From: a bacterium
GTDB taxonomy: Bacteria; Patescibacteriota; Microgenomatia; Daviesbacterales; UBA10151
Assembly (NCBI GenBank): GCA_021786105.1
Contig: JAJYNW010000005.1
Span: forward strand, 61,070 to 125,069
Direction of reading: 5' to 3'
Length of the DNA: 64,000 nt
Shown here: positions 1-9,404 of the stretch, in pieces
Position numbering within the stretch: position 1 is the stretch's first letter
Layout: each line of letters opens with the position of its first letter
Made by a program: the position numbers and the translations under genes
Notes under the pieces: model-generated
Database searches by the model: none
Seen by the model: the letters and a program-made list of their open reading frames with translations, nothing else
What the model was told of the DNA's origin: nothing

Positions 1-1501
1 TTACTATGCGCCTCTCCCATATTACTATGGGGAAATATTTTATTCACTAACCCACAGTTTGCTTTTCTCTGCCAAATTAATGTTCGTCACCGCTTTTGTC
101 GGTTCTTTCATCTTCATGTTTCTTCTTGCAAGAAAGTTGTGGGGGGGTTATGGAGCCCTAATTTCGGGAGTGTTTTATGCCTATGCTCCTTATCATGCTG
201 TTGATTTTTATGTCCGAGGAGCAATGGAAGAAATGTGGGCCTTAATGCTTTTTCCGGCAATTCTTTGGGCGCTATTCCGTTTAAAGGAATCGACACGGAT
301 TTATAACGTCATGCTCCTTGGCTTGTTTTTAGCCTTGTTAATGCTTTCGCATAATTTAAGTGCCATGATTTTTCTGCCAATTATCTTCACCTTAGTGGTG
401 TTTTTTATGTGGCAAAAAAGGGATTTTAGGCTTTTAAAACTTGTTGTCCTTTCGGGAGTATTAGCATTTCTTCTTTCGGCTTTTTATTTTTTACCAATGG
501 TAGCAGAGAAAAATTTGGTGCATGTTGAAACAACAGTTGAGGGTTATTTTTCCTATACTGAACATTTCAAAGGTTTATATAAACTTTTCATTCAGCGGAA
601 TTGGGGTTGGGGTGCATCAGTGAGGGAAGTTCCTGGTGGGGAAAAAGACGGAATGTCTTTTCAGATAGGATGGGTTCATCTTTTAGGATGGTTCCTGGCT
701 TTGGCTACTGCTGCCTATCTCTGGAAAAAGGATAGACCTAAGAGTCTCCTCTTGGTTATGTTCTCGCTTTTTACGGTTGCTAGTGTATTTATGATTCATC
801 CACGATCAGAATTCATTTGGAAGTTAATTGACCCCCTTAAATATTTACAATTTCCCTGGAGATTCTTGATGTTAATTATCTTTTTTGTGTCTTTGATGTC
901 AGGGAGTATTTTTGTTTGGTTGAGCAAGAAAAAAGCAATTCTGCTCCTTTCGGGGCTGATTATTTTGGTGGTTGCGGCAAACTTTACCTATTTCCGGCCT
1001 GAAAAATTTATTCAAGTGACTGACCAGCAACTTTTAACTGGTAAAAATTGGGATACGGAAATTAAGCGTTCGATATTTGATTTCCTGCCGATTTACGCCC
1101 AAGAGCCGCCGGCAGAATTGGCCACAACCAGGTATCAAGTTGTTGTGGGTAATGCTAAGGTAACCAACTTCAAAGAAGGGACTAATTGGTTTAACTTTAA
1201 TGCCAACATTGATACCCACACCATACTCTTGTTGTCCCAATATTATTTCCCTAATTGGAAAGTTTATGTTGATGGTCAAGAAGTAAAAGTGGAGTACAAG
1301 AATAACCATCTTGGTTTAATGAGTTTGATTATTGGGCCGGGAAACCATTATATTTCAGGGAAGCTTGAGAATACCACCATCCGCTCTGCCGGCAATTTGA
1401 TTAGCCTTGGAGGGGTATTAATTTTCTTATTATTAATACCAACTCAGATTCCCAGTACAAGAAGGTGGCTTACTTACTATTTGAAAGCATTATATAGGTA
1501 G
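1..1501 (+). CDS. PTPS-related/YfhO-like GT-C membrane glycosyltransferase (5' truncated)
   Basis: Frame is open from position 2 (YYAPLPYYYGE...). Multi-TM; motifs YAYAPYHAVDFYVRGAMEE, SHNLS, LQFPWRF; YfhO-like C-terminal YYFPNWKVYVDG. Confidence 0.8.
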   Translation, partial: YYAPLPYYYGEIFYSLTHSLLFSAKLMFVTAFVGSFIFMFLLARKLWGGYGALISGVFYAYAPYHAVDFYVRGAMEEMWALMLFPAILWALFRLKESTRIYNVMLLGLFLALLMLSHNLSAMIFLPIIFTLVVFFMWQKRDFRLLKLVVLSGVLAFLLSAFYFLPMVAEKNLVHVETTVEGYFSYTEHFKGLYKLFIQRNWGWGASVREVPGGEKDGMSFQIGWVHLLGWFLALATAAYLWKKDRPKSLLLVMFSLFTVASVFMIHPRSEFIWKLIDPLKYLQFPWRFLMLIIFFVSLMSGSIFVWLSKKKAILLLSGLIILVVAANFTYFRPEKFIQVTDQQLLTGKNWDTEIKRSIFDFLPIYAQEPPAELATTRYQVVVGNAKVTNFKEGTNWFNFNANIDTHTILLLSQYYFPNWKVYVDGQEVKVEYKNNHLGLMSLIIGPGNHYISGKLENTTIRSAGNLISLGGVLIFLLLIPTQIPSTRRWLTYYLKALYR

Positions 1502-1508
1502 ACTATAA

Positions 1509-1671
1509 CCGCTTTGCCAGAACAGTGCATTTAAATTCTGAGTAAATTTGGCAAAGATAAGCGGAGCTTGCGACCTTCGGTCTAATGGTTTCAAACTTCC
1601 GCAGTTTAATGCTAGCAAAGCGGATGTAAACTTGAAAGGAGAAAATGCAGACTTTCGGTCTGCGGAAGTTT
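1509..1671. promoter_or_regulatory. Structured intergenic leader with overlapping inverted repeats upstream of wzx
   Basis: Inverted repeats: ccgctttgc 1509-1517/gcaaagcgg 1615-1623; ctttgcca 1512-1519/tggcaaag 1549-1556; aaacttccgcag 1593-1604/ctgcggaagttt 1660-1671. Hairpins gacc-ttc-ggtc 1572-1582 and gcagac-tttcg-gtctgc 1647-1663. Confidence 0.5.
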
Positions 1672-3165
1672 ATGGAAGACATTAATGCGGATGAGCACTT
1701 GGATGCTACAGGTGAAATTACAATCGAAACGGTTAAAAAAAGAGCAGTTGGCGGAATAGCTGCTTTAACCGGGAGAACAATATTTTTTCAGGGTGTAACC
1801 CTTATCGCCACTTTCTTTCTGACTGTTTTTTTAAATCCCGGCCAGTATGGTGTGTTTTATATTGTTTCGGCGGTAGTAGGATTTTTTGCCAAATTTGATA
1901 TGGGTTTGGCTGCAGCGTTAGTCCAAAAGAAGGATCACCCTGCACCGCAAGACTTAAAAACTGCATTTACGATCCAAAACTCGATAGTGCTCACTTTTGT
2001 TATCCTTATTTTTCTGACTACTCCTTTTATCTCTAGTTGGCAGCACCTAAACCAAGAAAGCACTTATTTGCTTTGGGCTTTAGCTTTGGGGTTATTAATA
2101 GCATCTTTAAAAAGTATTCCCTCAACTCTTTTAGAAAGAGAATTGAATTTCAGCAGATATGTTATTCCTCAAATGGTGGAACAGTTATTGTTCTATACAG
2201 TGGCAGTATTTCTGGCTTGGCGGGGTTTAGGGGTAACCAGCTACACCGTTGCTGTATTGGTAAGCGGAGTATCGGGACTAATCTTGATTTATATTTTGCG
2301 TCCCTGGAAACCCGGGATTGCTTGGGATGGAAAATCTTTTAGGAATTTGCTTCGTTATGGGATACCTTACCAATTTAATACCATTTTGGCTTCAATTAAG
2401 GATGATGGCATGACTCTGGTATTGGGTGGAATCTTAGGGTCAGCGAATTACGGCTTGTTAGTTTGGGCCAAAAAGTGGGCTGAAGCTCCCCTCCGGTTCT
2501 TTATGGACCAGGTCATTAAGGTGACATTTCCAGCCTATTCCCGGATGCAAGACAACCAGGAAGAGCTTTCAAAAGCTGTAACAAAATCCTTGTTATTCAT
2601 TTGTCTTTTGGTTTTTCCGGCGTTGGCTGGATTAGTCATCCTGGCTCCTTCTTTAGTTAATCTAATTCCCCGATATGGGAAGTGGGAACCTGCATTATTT
2701 GCCCTGGCGCTAATTTCCATAAACTCAGCTTGGGCAGCAATAACTACTCCTTTAACTAATGTGCTGATGGCTATCGGGAAAATAAAAACTACTTCCCGCT
2801 TGATGGTCATGTGGACAGTACTTACTTGGGTACTTTTCCCGCTGCTTGCTTATCTTTACGGAATAAACGGGGTAGCGTGGGGTTATGTTGTGGTAGGATG
2901 CAGCTCGCTGGTTGCTGTTCTGGTTGCTTTGAAATCTGTTAAAGTTGATATCCTCTCATGTATTGGTAAGCCTTTGTTTTCAACCCTAATTTTTGCTTTA
3001 GCTTTATTAGCCGGCCGTCAACTATTGCCCTTATCTTGGATCAGCTTTTTCTCTATTTTAATGTTCGGGTTATTAATATACCTGTTTTTTACCTTCCTGC
3101 TTTTGGGGCCGACTCTGAGCAAAGATGCTAAAAAATTAGCTTTAGGAATTAGGGGGAGGATCTAG
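1672..3165 (+). CDS. wzx: Wzx/PST-family oligosaccharide flippase (MOP superfamily)
   Basis: About 12-14 TM; LNPGQYGVF, DMGLAAALVQKK, LERELNF, FPAYSRMQD. Alternative ATG at 1645 (preceded by AGGAG). Confidence 0.88.
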   Translation: MEDINADEHLDATGEITIETVKKRAVGGIAALTGRTIFFQGVTLIATFFLTVFLNPGQYGVFYIVSAVVGFFAKFDMGLAAALVQKKDHPAPQDLKTAFTIQNSIVLTFVILIFLTTPFISSWQHLNQESTYLLWALALGLLIASLKSIPSTLLERELNFSRYVIPQMVEQLLFYTVAVFLAWRGLGVTSYTVAVLVSGVSGLILIYILRPWKPGIAWDGKSFRNLLRYGIPYQFNTILASIKDDGMTLVLGGILGSANYGLLVWAKKWAEAPLRFFMDQVIKVTFPAYSRMQDNQEELSKAVTKSLLFICLLVFPALAGLVILAPSLVNLIPRYGKWEPALFALALISINSAWAAITTPLTNVLMAIGKIKTTSRLMVMWTVLTWVLFPLLAYLYGINGVAWGYVVVGCSSLVAVLVALKSVKVDILSCIGKPLFSTLIFALALLAGRQLLPLSWISFFSILMFGLLIYLFFTFLLLGPTLSKDAKKLALGIRGRI

Positions 3166-6100
3166 GTGCTTAAAAGATTATTCCTTGTATTAAGTATATT
3201 CTTTTTAGTATTGTCCTTTTTATTTGTCCCTAAAAAGGTACAAGCTGCAGATAACTCCTTTGTAAATATAGTTAATCCTGTGAGGGGAGCAGATTTTTGG
3301 GATTTAAAAGGCCAAAAACCGGTAGATAGTGTTTTAGGGGAAGCCGAAATCCTAAAACAAGCAAACTTGCCTGCTACGTGGCTCATCCGCTTTGATGCCT
3401 TAAATGACAATCAAGTTACAGATGTTATTAAAAATTTACCCCAAAATCATGAAATTGGTTTGTTTTTAGAGGTCACTCCTACTTGGACTAAGGCAGCAAA
3501 TGTAAATTATAAATCTTCAGGCAGTTGGCATGGAGCAGGGAGTGCATTTTTGACCGGTTATGAACCTTCTGAGAGAGAAAAATTAATAGATAGTGCCTTT
3601 GATAATTTCAAAAGAATTTACGGTTACTATCCCAAGTCTATTGGTGCCTGGTATATCGATAGTTACTCCTTAAGTTACATGCAGAAAAAATATGGAATTG
3701 TGGGGGCATTAATTGTTGCCGATCAACACAGTACCGATAGCTATCAAATCTGGGGACAATTTTGGTCAACCCCTTATTATCCTTCCTCAAAAAATACCCT
3801 GATACCGGCCCAAAATTCTGAAGATAAATTACCTGTAGTCATTACCCAATGGGCGGCGCGTGACCCTCTAAACGGATATGGCAAAGGGGTAGAGGAGAGT
3901 ACCTACAGTGTTCAGCCAAATGATTATATTGATTACCATAATTTGGGCACTAACTACTTTTCTAATCTCTTAGATATCTACACTTCCCAAAATTTGAATC
4001 AATTTAACCAAATTGTAGTTGGATTGGAGAACACTTACTCCTGGAAAAAGTATCAATCTGAATATCAAAATCAAATAAACATTATCTCTGCAAAGAATAA
4101 ATCAGGGCAGTTTGGGGTGAATACTATGAAAGATTTCGCGGGCTGGTACATGAATAAATTTACCGGTGTTTCCCCGACTCAAGTGGTAGTGGCTAAGGAT
4201 CCGCTCGGAACGGATAAATTTGCAGTATGGTTTATGAATCCATTCTATCGGGCTGGATGGGTTTATAACCAGGATGGAAGTTTATTCCGTGATGTAAGGC
4301 CTTATACCGAGGGGAGGGATGAACAGTGTTACTCAGTTTCCTGTGACAAACTGGAGTTTGCCACTTTTGCGCTTTGGACGATTGATGAAATTACCAGAAA
4401 TCAAAAGTTTGTTTTGGATCCGGGTAAAGTTAAAGACATTGAGTTAGCTAAAGATGGTCAAAACTATTTGCTCAAGTACTCTAATGAAGCAGGAAGAACA
4501 CGGGAGGTGACTTTTATGCCCCGCGATATTGGGGTTGATGGAAAAGTTAAATCAATAGATGCCTTTATCTTGGATGCGACTTCCGGCAGCCAAGGAGGGC
4601 AAACTACAAAGGAAAAATATCCCGAAAGCAATATCAAAGTACCGGCTCCCAATATTCCTCTGTTTTTGGGATCAATTTTGAAATTTGTGCTATTTTTGAT
4701 ATTCGCTTTATTTATTCCGGGGTTTGTGCTTTTGGGAAGGACCAAAGAATTACATATTTTAAACAGGGCTTTTCTTTCAATTTGTATAGGAATTGTCGGG
4801 ATTACTGTTCTTTCGTATTTAACAGGGTACCTAAAGATAGGGTGGATAGCTTATCTCTATATAGCTGTGTTTTTGTTGATTTTTATATCGCGGAGATTTC
4901 ACCATGATCTTAAAATAGACAAATCAGAAATTAGGTTCTCAAAGGTATCAGCTGCCATTCTTTTGGTAATTGTAGCAGGTACTATTTTCCAGTCTTTAGC
5001 CATGATCCGATCTGGTTGGCCTTACAGCTTTGGTTTAGGTTTTTGGGGACCAATCGGGCACGACGGCATTTGGCATCAGGCATTAATTAACCAATTACTA
5101 CAAAATGTTCCGCCTCAGAACCCCGGTTTTGCGGGTAATACTCTTTCTAACTATCATTACTTTTATGACCTCCTTGTTGCCGTTACGGCGGCATTAACTC
5201 AAATACCAGTTCTGGATTTGTTGTACAGGTTTTATCCGGTGCTCTTATCGTTGCTGCTGGGAGCGGGGACTTATTTTTTGGTGATGAAATTGTCAAAGAG
5301 TAAAATTGCCGCTTTGTTGTCCTTATATTTTGTTTATTTTGCAGGCAGTTTTGGATGGATGGTAGAGTTTATTAAACAAAGGCACTTTGGTGGTGAATCA
5401 TCTTTTTGGGCGAACCAACCGGTTTCTGCAAACCTGAATCCCCCCTTTGCAATCTCTTTGGTTTTGCTGGTTGCTTTAATGGTACTTGTTTCTTACATAA
5501 GAGAACGTAACCTCAGACTAGGTTTTTTGGTGGCGCTAACTGCCGGGTCATTAATTGAGTTTAAAGTGTATGCCGGTGTTATTGTTTTGGGAGGGCTATT
5601 TGCCACTGCGCTCTTGCAGTTTTTACAAAAAAGAGATTTATCGGCAATGAAAATGTTTTTTGGGGCATTGGTGTTATCGCTGGTAGTTTTTCTGCCCCAA
5701 AACAGTAAGTCGGGTGAGCTTTTAGTGTTTTCTCCTTTTTGGTTTGTGAATTCAATGATTAATTTCCCCGATAGGGTAGGTTGGGAAAGACTGGCTTTAG
5801 CTCTTCAAGTGGCTCCCTTAAGGGGGGAATGGCTTAAGTTCTTTGTGGTAGAAGGGATAGCTTTGTTAATTTTTATAGTTGGAAACTTGGGGACCAGATT
5901 TTTGGCACTGTTTTCTTTGCCTGTATTTTTTAAGAGGAGATTATGGGAAATGCCCGAGTATCTTTTAATTATTTTTATGTCCGCTCTGGCTTTTTTAATT
6001 CCGGTATTTTTTATTCAAAAGGGTAATCCCTGGAATACGATCCAATTTTTCTATTATTTCATTTACTTTGTGGCTATTTTTACGGGGGATGCCTTAATAG

Positions 6101-6630
6101 CTATAAGGAAACATCTGCCAAAATATTTAAGTTTTGTTCTTTTGGGAATTTTGCTAATAATTACTCCCATTAATGCTTTTGTGACGTTTACCAGCTATCT
6201 TTCCTCGTCTTCTCCCTCAAGGCTTACCGGCGGAGAGTATGCAGGACTTAGCTTTTTGCACAAACTTCCCGATGGTGTTGTATTGACTTATCCTTTTGAT
6301 AAGAATGAGCGTTCTAAATTTAACGACCCGTTCCCCTTGCTAATTTATGATACAAGCAACTATGTTTCTGCTTTTTCAGGAAAACCAGTGTTTGTGGAAG
6401 ATGAAATTCAGCAGGAAATTTTGCAAAATGATTACCAAAAGAGATTAGTAGAGGCCTCCGATTTCTTTAATGGAAGGGATCCCAAATGGTCTGCTAATTT
6501 CTTAAAGCAAAACAATATTAAATATATTTATCTTCCGAAGATATTCTCTGTTTCACTTGATGAAGAATCGCTTAATTTAAAAAAGGTTTATGATAATGAA
6601 GAGGTGGATGTTTATGTTCGTCAGAACTAA
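3166..6630 (+). CDS. Fusion: signal peptide + extracytoplasmic polysaccharide-deacetylase/GH57-like barrel domain + C-terminal GT-C membrane domain
   Basis: 1154 aa. Signal peptide ends VQA-AD. N-domain motifs PATWLIRFDAL, HEIGLFLE, YGYYPKSIGAW, PYYPS. C-half is multi-TM with GHDGIWH and NYHYFYDL, paralogous to 10037-12010. Confidence 0.7.
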   Translation: MLKRLFLVLSIFFLVLSFLFVPKKVQAADNSFVNIVNPVRGADFWDLKGQKPVDSVLGEAEILKQANLPATWLIRFDALNDNQVTDVIKNLPQNHEIGLFLEVTPTWTKAANVNYKSSGSWHGAGSAFLTGYEPSEREKLIDSAFDNFKRIYGYYPKSIGAWYIDSYSLSYMQKKYGIVGALIVADQHSTDSYQIWGQFWSTPYYPSSKNTLIPAQNSEDKLPVVITQWAARDPLNGYGKGVEESTYSVQPNDYIDYHNLGTNYFSNLLDIYTSQNLNQFNQIVVGLENTYSWKKYQSEYQNQINIISAKNKSGQFGVNTMKDFAGWYMNKFTGVSPTQVVVAKDPLGTDKFAVWFMNPFYRAGWVYNQDGSLFRDVRPYTEGRDEQCYSVSCDKLEFATFALWTIDEITRNQKFVLDPGKVKDIELAKDGQNYLLKYSNEAGRTREVTFMPRDIGVDGKVKSIDAFILDATSGSQGGQTTKEKYPESNIKVPAPNIPLFLGSILKFVLFLIFALFIPGFVLLGRTKELHILNRAFLSICIGIVGITVLSYLTGYLKIGWIAYLYIAVFLLIFISRRFHHDLKIDKSEIRFSKVSAAILLVIVAGTIFQSLAMIRSGWPYSFGLGFWGPIGHDGIWHQALINQLLQNVPPQNPGFAGNTLSNYHYFYDLLVAVTAALTQIPVLDLLYRFYPVLLSLLLGAGTYFLVMKLSKSKIAALLSLYFVYFAGSFGWMVEFIKQRHFGGESSFWANQPVSANLNPPFAISLVLLVALMVLVSYIRERNLRLGFLVALTAGSLIEFKVYAGVIVLGGLFATALLQFLQKRDLSAMKMFFGALVLSLVVFLPQNSKSGELLVFSPFWFVNSMINFPDRVGWERLALALQVAPLRGEWLKFFVVEGIALLIFIVGNLGTRFLALFSLPVFFKRRLWEMPEYLLIIFMSALAFLIPVFFIQKGNPWNTIQFFYYFIYFVAIFTGDALIAIRKHLPKYLSFVLLGILLIITPINAFVTFTSYLSSSSPSRLTGGEYAGLSFLHKLPDGVVLTYPFDKNERSKFNDPFPLLIYDTSNYVSAFSGKPVFVEDEIQQEILQNDYQKRLVEASDFFNGRDPKWSANFLKQNNIKYIYLPKIFSVSLDEESLNLKKVYDNEEVDVYVRQN

Positions 6631-6635
6631 AACAA

Positions 6636-6660
6636 ACAGACCGAAGGTCTGTGCAAGTTT
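6636..6660. repeat. Palindrome acagacc-gaa-ggtctgt plus gcaagttt directly before ATG; second copy of the 1647-1671 element
   Basis: Perfect 7-bp stem 6636-6642/6646-6652, 8 nt before ATG 6661; same spacing and near-identical tail as at 1647-1671. Confidence 0.6.
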
Positions 6661-8172
6661 ATGAAACTCAGATTTAAAAATTATATCCCAATTATTCTTA
6701 TTATCCTCCTGGCAATATTTTTGCGGTTTGTAAACATCAATTCTAATCCTCCTTCTATGTATGGAGATGAACTTACCTTAGTCTATGATGCTTATTCAAT
6801 CCTAAAGACAGGACATGACCAAACCGGAGCTTTTCTGCCCTTAACATTTGCCATGAGTGAAGGTAGGCCACCTGCTTATGTCTACCTAACTGTACCATTG
6901 GTGGCGGCATTTGGTCCTACGGCGTTTGCTGCAAGATTTTTCTCTCTGGTCTCGGGCGTAGGAATTGTTCTTTTACTCTATCTTATACTTAAATCGTTAG
7001 TTTCTGAACGGGTTGCAACAATTGGAGCTCTATTTGCGGCAATTTCTCCTTGGGATTTATCACTTTCCCGGGGTGGATTCGAAACCCATCTGGCTCTGTT
7101 CTTGTCGCTTTTGGGAGTATATGCAGCTGTTCGTGCCAAGGTCCGTCCTTGGTATTTATTGATTTCTGGGATCTCATTTGGTTTGGCAATCTTCACATAT
7201 CACTCATATAAAGTTGTGGTTCCGGCGTTTTTACCATTCTTGTTGTGGTTTATTGATTTAAAACAACTAATTAAAGATAAAAAATTTCGAAAGAGTTTCA
7301 TTATCGGGGCGACTGCATTTTTGTTTTTTGTTTCATTCTGGTTATATCAGGTAATTGGAGGATCGGAAATCCGTTTTCAAAATACCAGTCTCTTAAGCAA
7401 TGCTAAACTCTCATCTACTATAACCGAAAAGGTTAATACCGAGAGAACTTTAGATAACTCACCTTTTAAAGTTATCATTCACAATAGACCAGTGGAGTAT
7501 TTAACAACTTTAGGGGATAACTATTTTTCTCATTTTTCTTTTGATTTTCTTTTTTTGCATGGAGACGGAAATCCTCGGCATAACCAGGGGTTAATGGGGG
7601 AAATGTATATTGCTGATTCATTGTTGGTATTGCTGGGAATAATTTTTCTTTGGCAAAAATACAAGAAAGTTGCGCTCCTTTTGGGAGGTTGGATGATAGT
7701 TTCGCCCTTAGCTACGATGGTAGTTTCTCCAGCTCATGCTTTAAGAAGCACATTCCTTCTACCACCGCTTTTAATCTTATCTGCAACAGGTTTTACATAT
7801 CTTCTGGAATTATCGCGTGATAAATGGGTAGCAAAATTAGTGTTTTTTGCAGTGGTACTTGGCATAATAACCCAATTCATTTTTCTTGTAGATAGAGTTT
7901 ATTACTTATACCCCAAGCAGTTTGGAAATTTTTGGAGTCTGTCTGCAAAAACCGCATCCGAAGATGCATTGGCTGAAAGCAAAAAATATGATTATGTCGT
8001 TTTATCTGACCAAATTGATAGCATCAATTTAGCTTTTCCTGTTTATGTAAAAGTTGACCCAAATCAAGTTATTTCCCAGTATAATCAAAACGTTAGAAAT
8101 TTTGGTAATATTTATATTGGCAAGGTATCCAATTTGCCGGGTAATGTTTTATACATAAAAAATAATCAATGA
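6661..8172 (+). CDS. GT-C glycosyltransferase, PMT_2/ArnT (GT39/GT83-like)
   Basis: LAIFLRF...PPSMYGDE, YDAYSILKTGHD, SPWDLSLSRGGFE, FLFLHGDGNPRH, HALRS. Confidence 0.85.
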   Translation: MKLRFKNYIPIILIILLAIFLRFVNINSNPPSMYGDELTLVYDAYSILKTGHDQTGAFLPLTFAMSEGRPPAYVYLTVPLVAAFGPTAFAARFFSLVSGVGIVLLLYLILKSLVSERVATIGALFAAISPWDLSLSRGGFETHLALFLSLLGVYAAVRAKVRPWYLLISGISFGLAIFTYHSYKVVVPAFLPFLLWFIDLKQLIKDKKFRKSFIIGATAFLFFVSFWLYQVIGGSEIRFQNTSLLSNAKLSSTITEKVNTERTLDNSPFKVIIHNRPVEYLTTLGDNYFSHFSFDFLFLHGDGNPRHNQGLMGEMYIADSLLVLLGIIFLWQKYKKVALLLGGWMIVSPLATMVVSPAHALRSTFLLPPLLILSATGFTYLLELSRDKWVAKLVFFAVVLGIITQFIFLVDRVYYLYPKQFGNFWSLSAKTASEDALAESKKYDYVVLSDQIDSINLAFPVYVKVDPNQVISQYNQNVRNFGNIYIGKVSNLPGNVLYIKNNQ

Positions 8173-9404
8173 TATCACCTAAATTGCAAAAGATTTTAAT
8201 AATGGGAATTTTGTTGAGGCTTTTAATAATGCCTTTTTATTTTCACCCCGATATCAAAACTTATAACTTTCAATCTTCATTTTTAAAAAATGGTGTCGTA
8301 AATATTTATTCATATCTTACAGATCATAAACAAGATTTACCTCTGAAAGAGGAATTTGTCTATTTCCCGTTAACTTATTTCTTTTTGGGAGGTTACCAAA
8401 TATTAGCATCTCCGTTTTTGGGGCCGGGATTTCACCAGTGGCTTTTTGATGCTTCCCAATCTGCAACTCAACGGCCTGATGTTTTTAGGTACCTTTTTAT
8501 TTTAAAACTTCCTTACCTTCTTTTGGACATCGCCATAGGCTTTTTGCTAATGAAATTTTTTGAAAAGGACGAGGACAAGAAAAGGGTATTCACCATCTGG
8601 ATGTTTAATCCTCTTTCCCTAGTTTTAATTTATGCTTTCTCGAACTTGGACATTATTGTTGTATTTTTGACTGTCCTGAGTTTATTACTGGCCCAAAAAC
8701 AAAAACCCATATCTGCAGCTCTTGCGCTTGGAATTGGGGCAGGATTTAAGGCCTATCCGTTATTGTTTGCCCCATTCCTAATGCTCACAGTTAAAGATTG
8801 GAAACAAAGATTGGGAATTTTACTGGTCTCCGTTTTGCCCTTTATCCTGACAATTGCTCCGTTCTTAAGATCTACAAGTTTTAAAGAGGCAACTTTAACT
8901 TCTGGACTTATGACTAGACTTACTTTAATGGGAATGAATTTAGGTTTTAACGAAACATTGCTTGTCGGTGTAGCGGCACTCTCTGTATTATTTTTCTGGG
9001 GTTTTTCAGAGATGCAAATTTCCAAAGATAAACTTTGGCAATATTATCTGGCGCTTTTATTGTTACTTTTGTCTGTAATCCATTTTCATGTCCAGTGGAT
9101 TTTATGGATGATGCCGTTTGCGGCCTTACTTTTTGTAAGATCTAAAAAACTAATCTTGCCTATGGCCTTACTTCTTTTAACGGCATTTTTTATTCCCTTG
9201 CTTTATGAGGACAAAGCTATGACCGTGGGGCTCTTTTCTGTCATTAACCCTACATATAATTTATTGCCAATTCCTTTTGCTATTGTTCAAAAGTTTTATG
9301 ATCCCTATGTTATCCAGAGTATCTTGCATAGTATTTTTGCGGGGGGGAGTTTAGTGGTTGCTTGGAAAATACTGAGAAGTAGAAATGTAGATATCGATGA
9401 ATAG
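8169..9404 (+). CDS. GT-C glycosyltransferase, GT87/PIG-M/ALG6-like
   Basis: LLRL...FHPDIK, YFPLTY, LKLPYLLLD, WMFNP, SNLD, FKAYP, HFHVQW; multi-TM. Confidence 0.72.
   Translation: MISPKLQKILIMGILLRLLIMPFYFHPDIKTYNFQSSFLKNGVVNIYSYLTDHKQDLPLKEEFVYFPLTYFFLGGYQILASPFLGPGFHQWLFDASQSATQRPDVFRYLFILKLPYLLLDIAIGFLLMKFFEKDEDKKRVFTIWMFNPLSLVLIYAFSNLDIIVVFLTVLSLLLAQKQKPISAALALGIGAGFKAYPLLFAPFLMLTVKDWKQRLGILLVSVLPFILTIAPFLRSTSFKEATLTSGLMTRLTLMGMNLGFNETLLVGVAALSVLFFWGFSEMQISKDKLWQYYLALLLLLLSVIHFHVQWILWMMPFAALLFVRSKKLILPMALLLLTAFFIPLLYEDKAMTVGLFSVINPTYNLLPIPFAIVQKFYDPYVIQSILHSIFAGGSLVVAWKILRSRNVDIDE

Noticed and set aside
1502-1671. Structured gap as a tRNA, CRISPR array or rho-independent terminator
   Set aside because: No cloverleaf or T-loop consensus, no repeat-spacer periodicity, and no U-tract after the hairpins.
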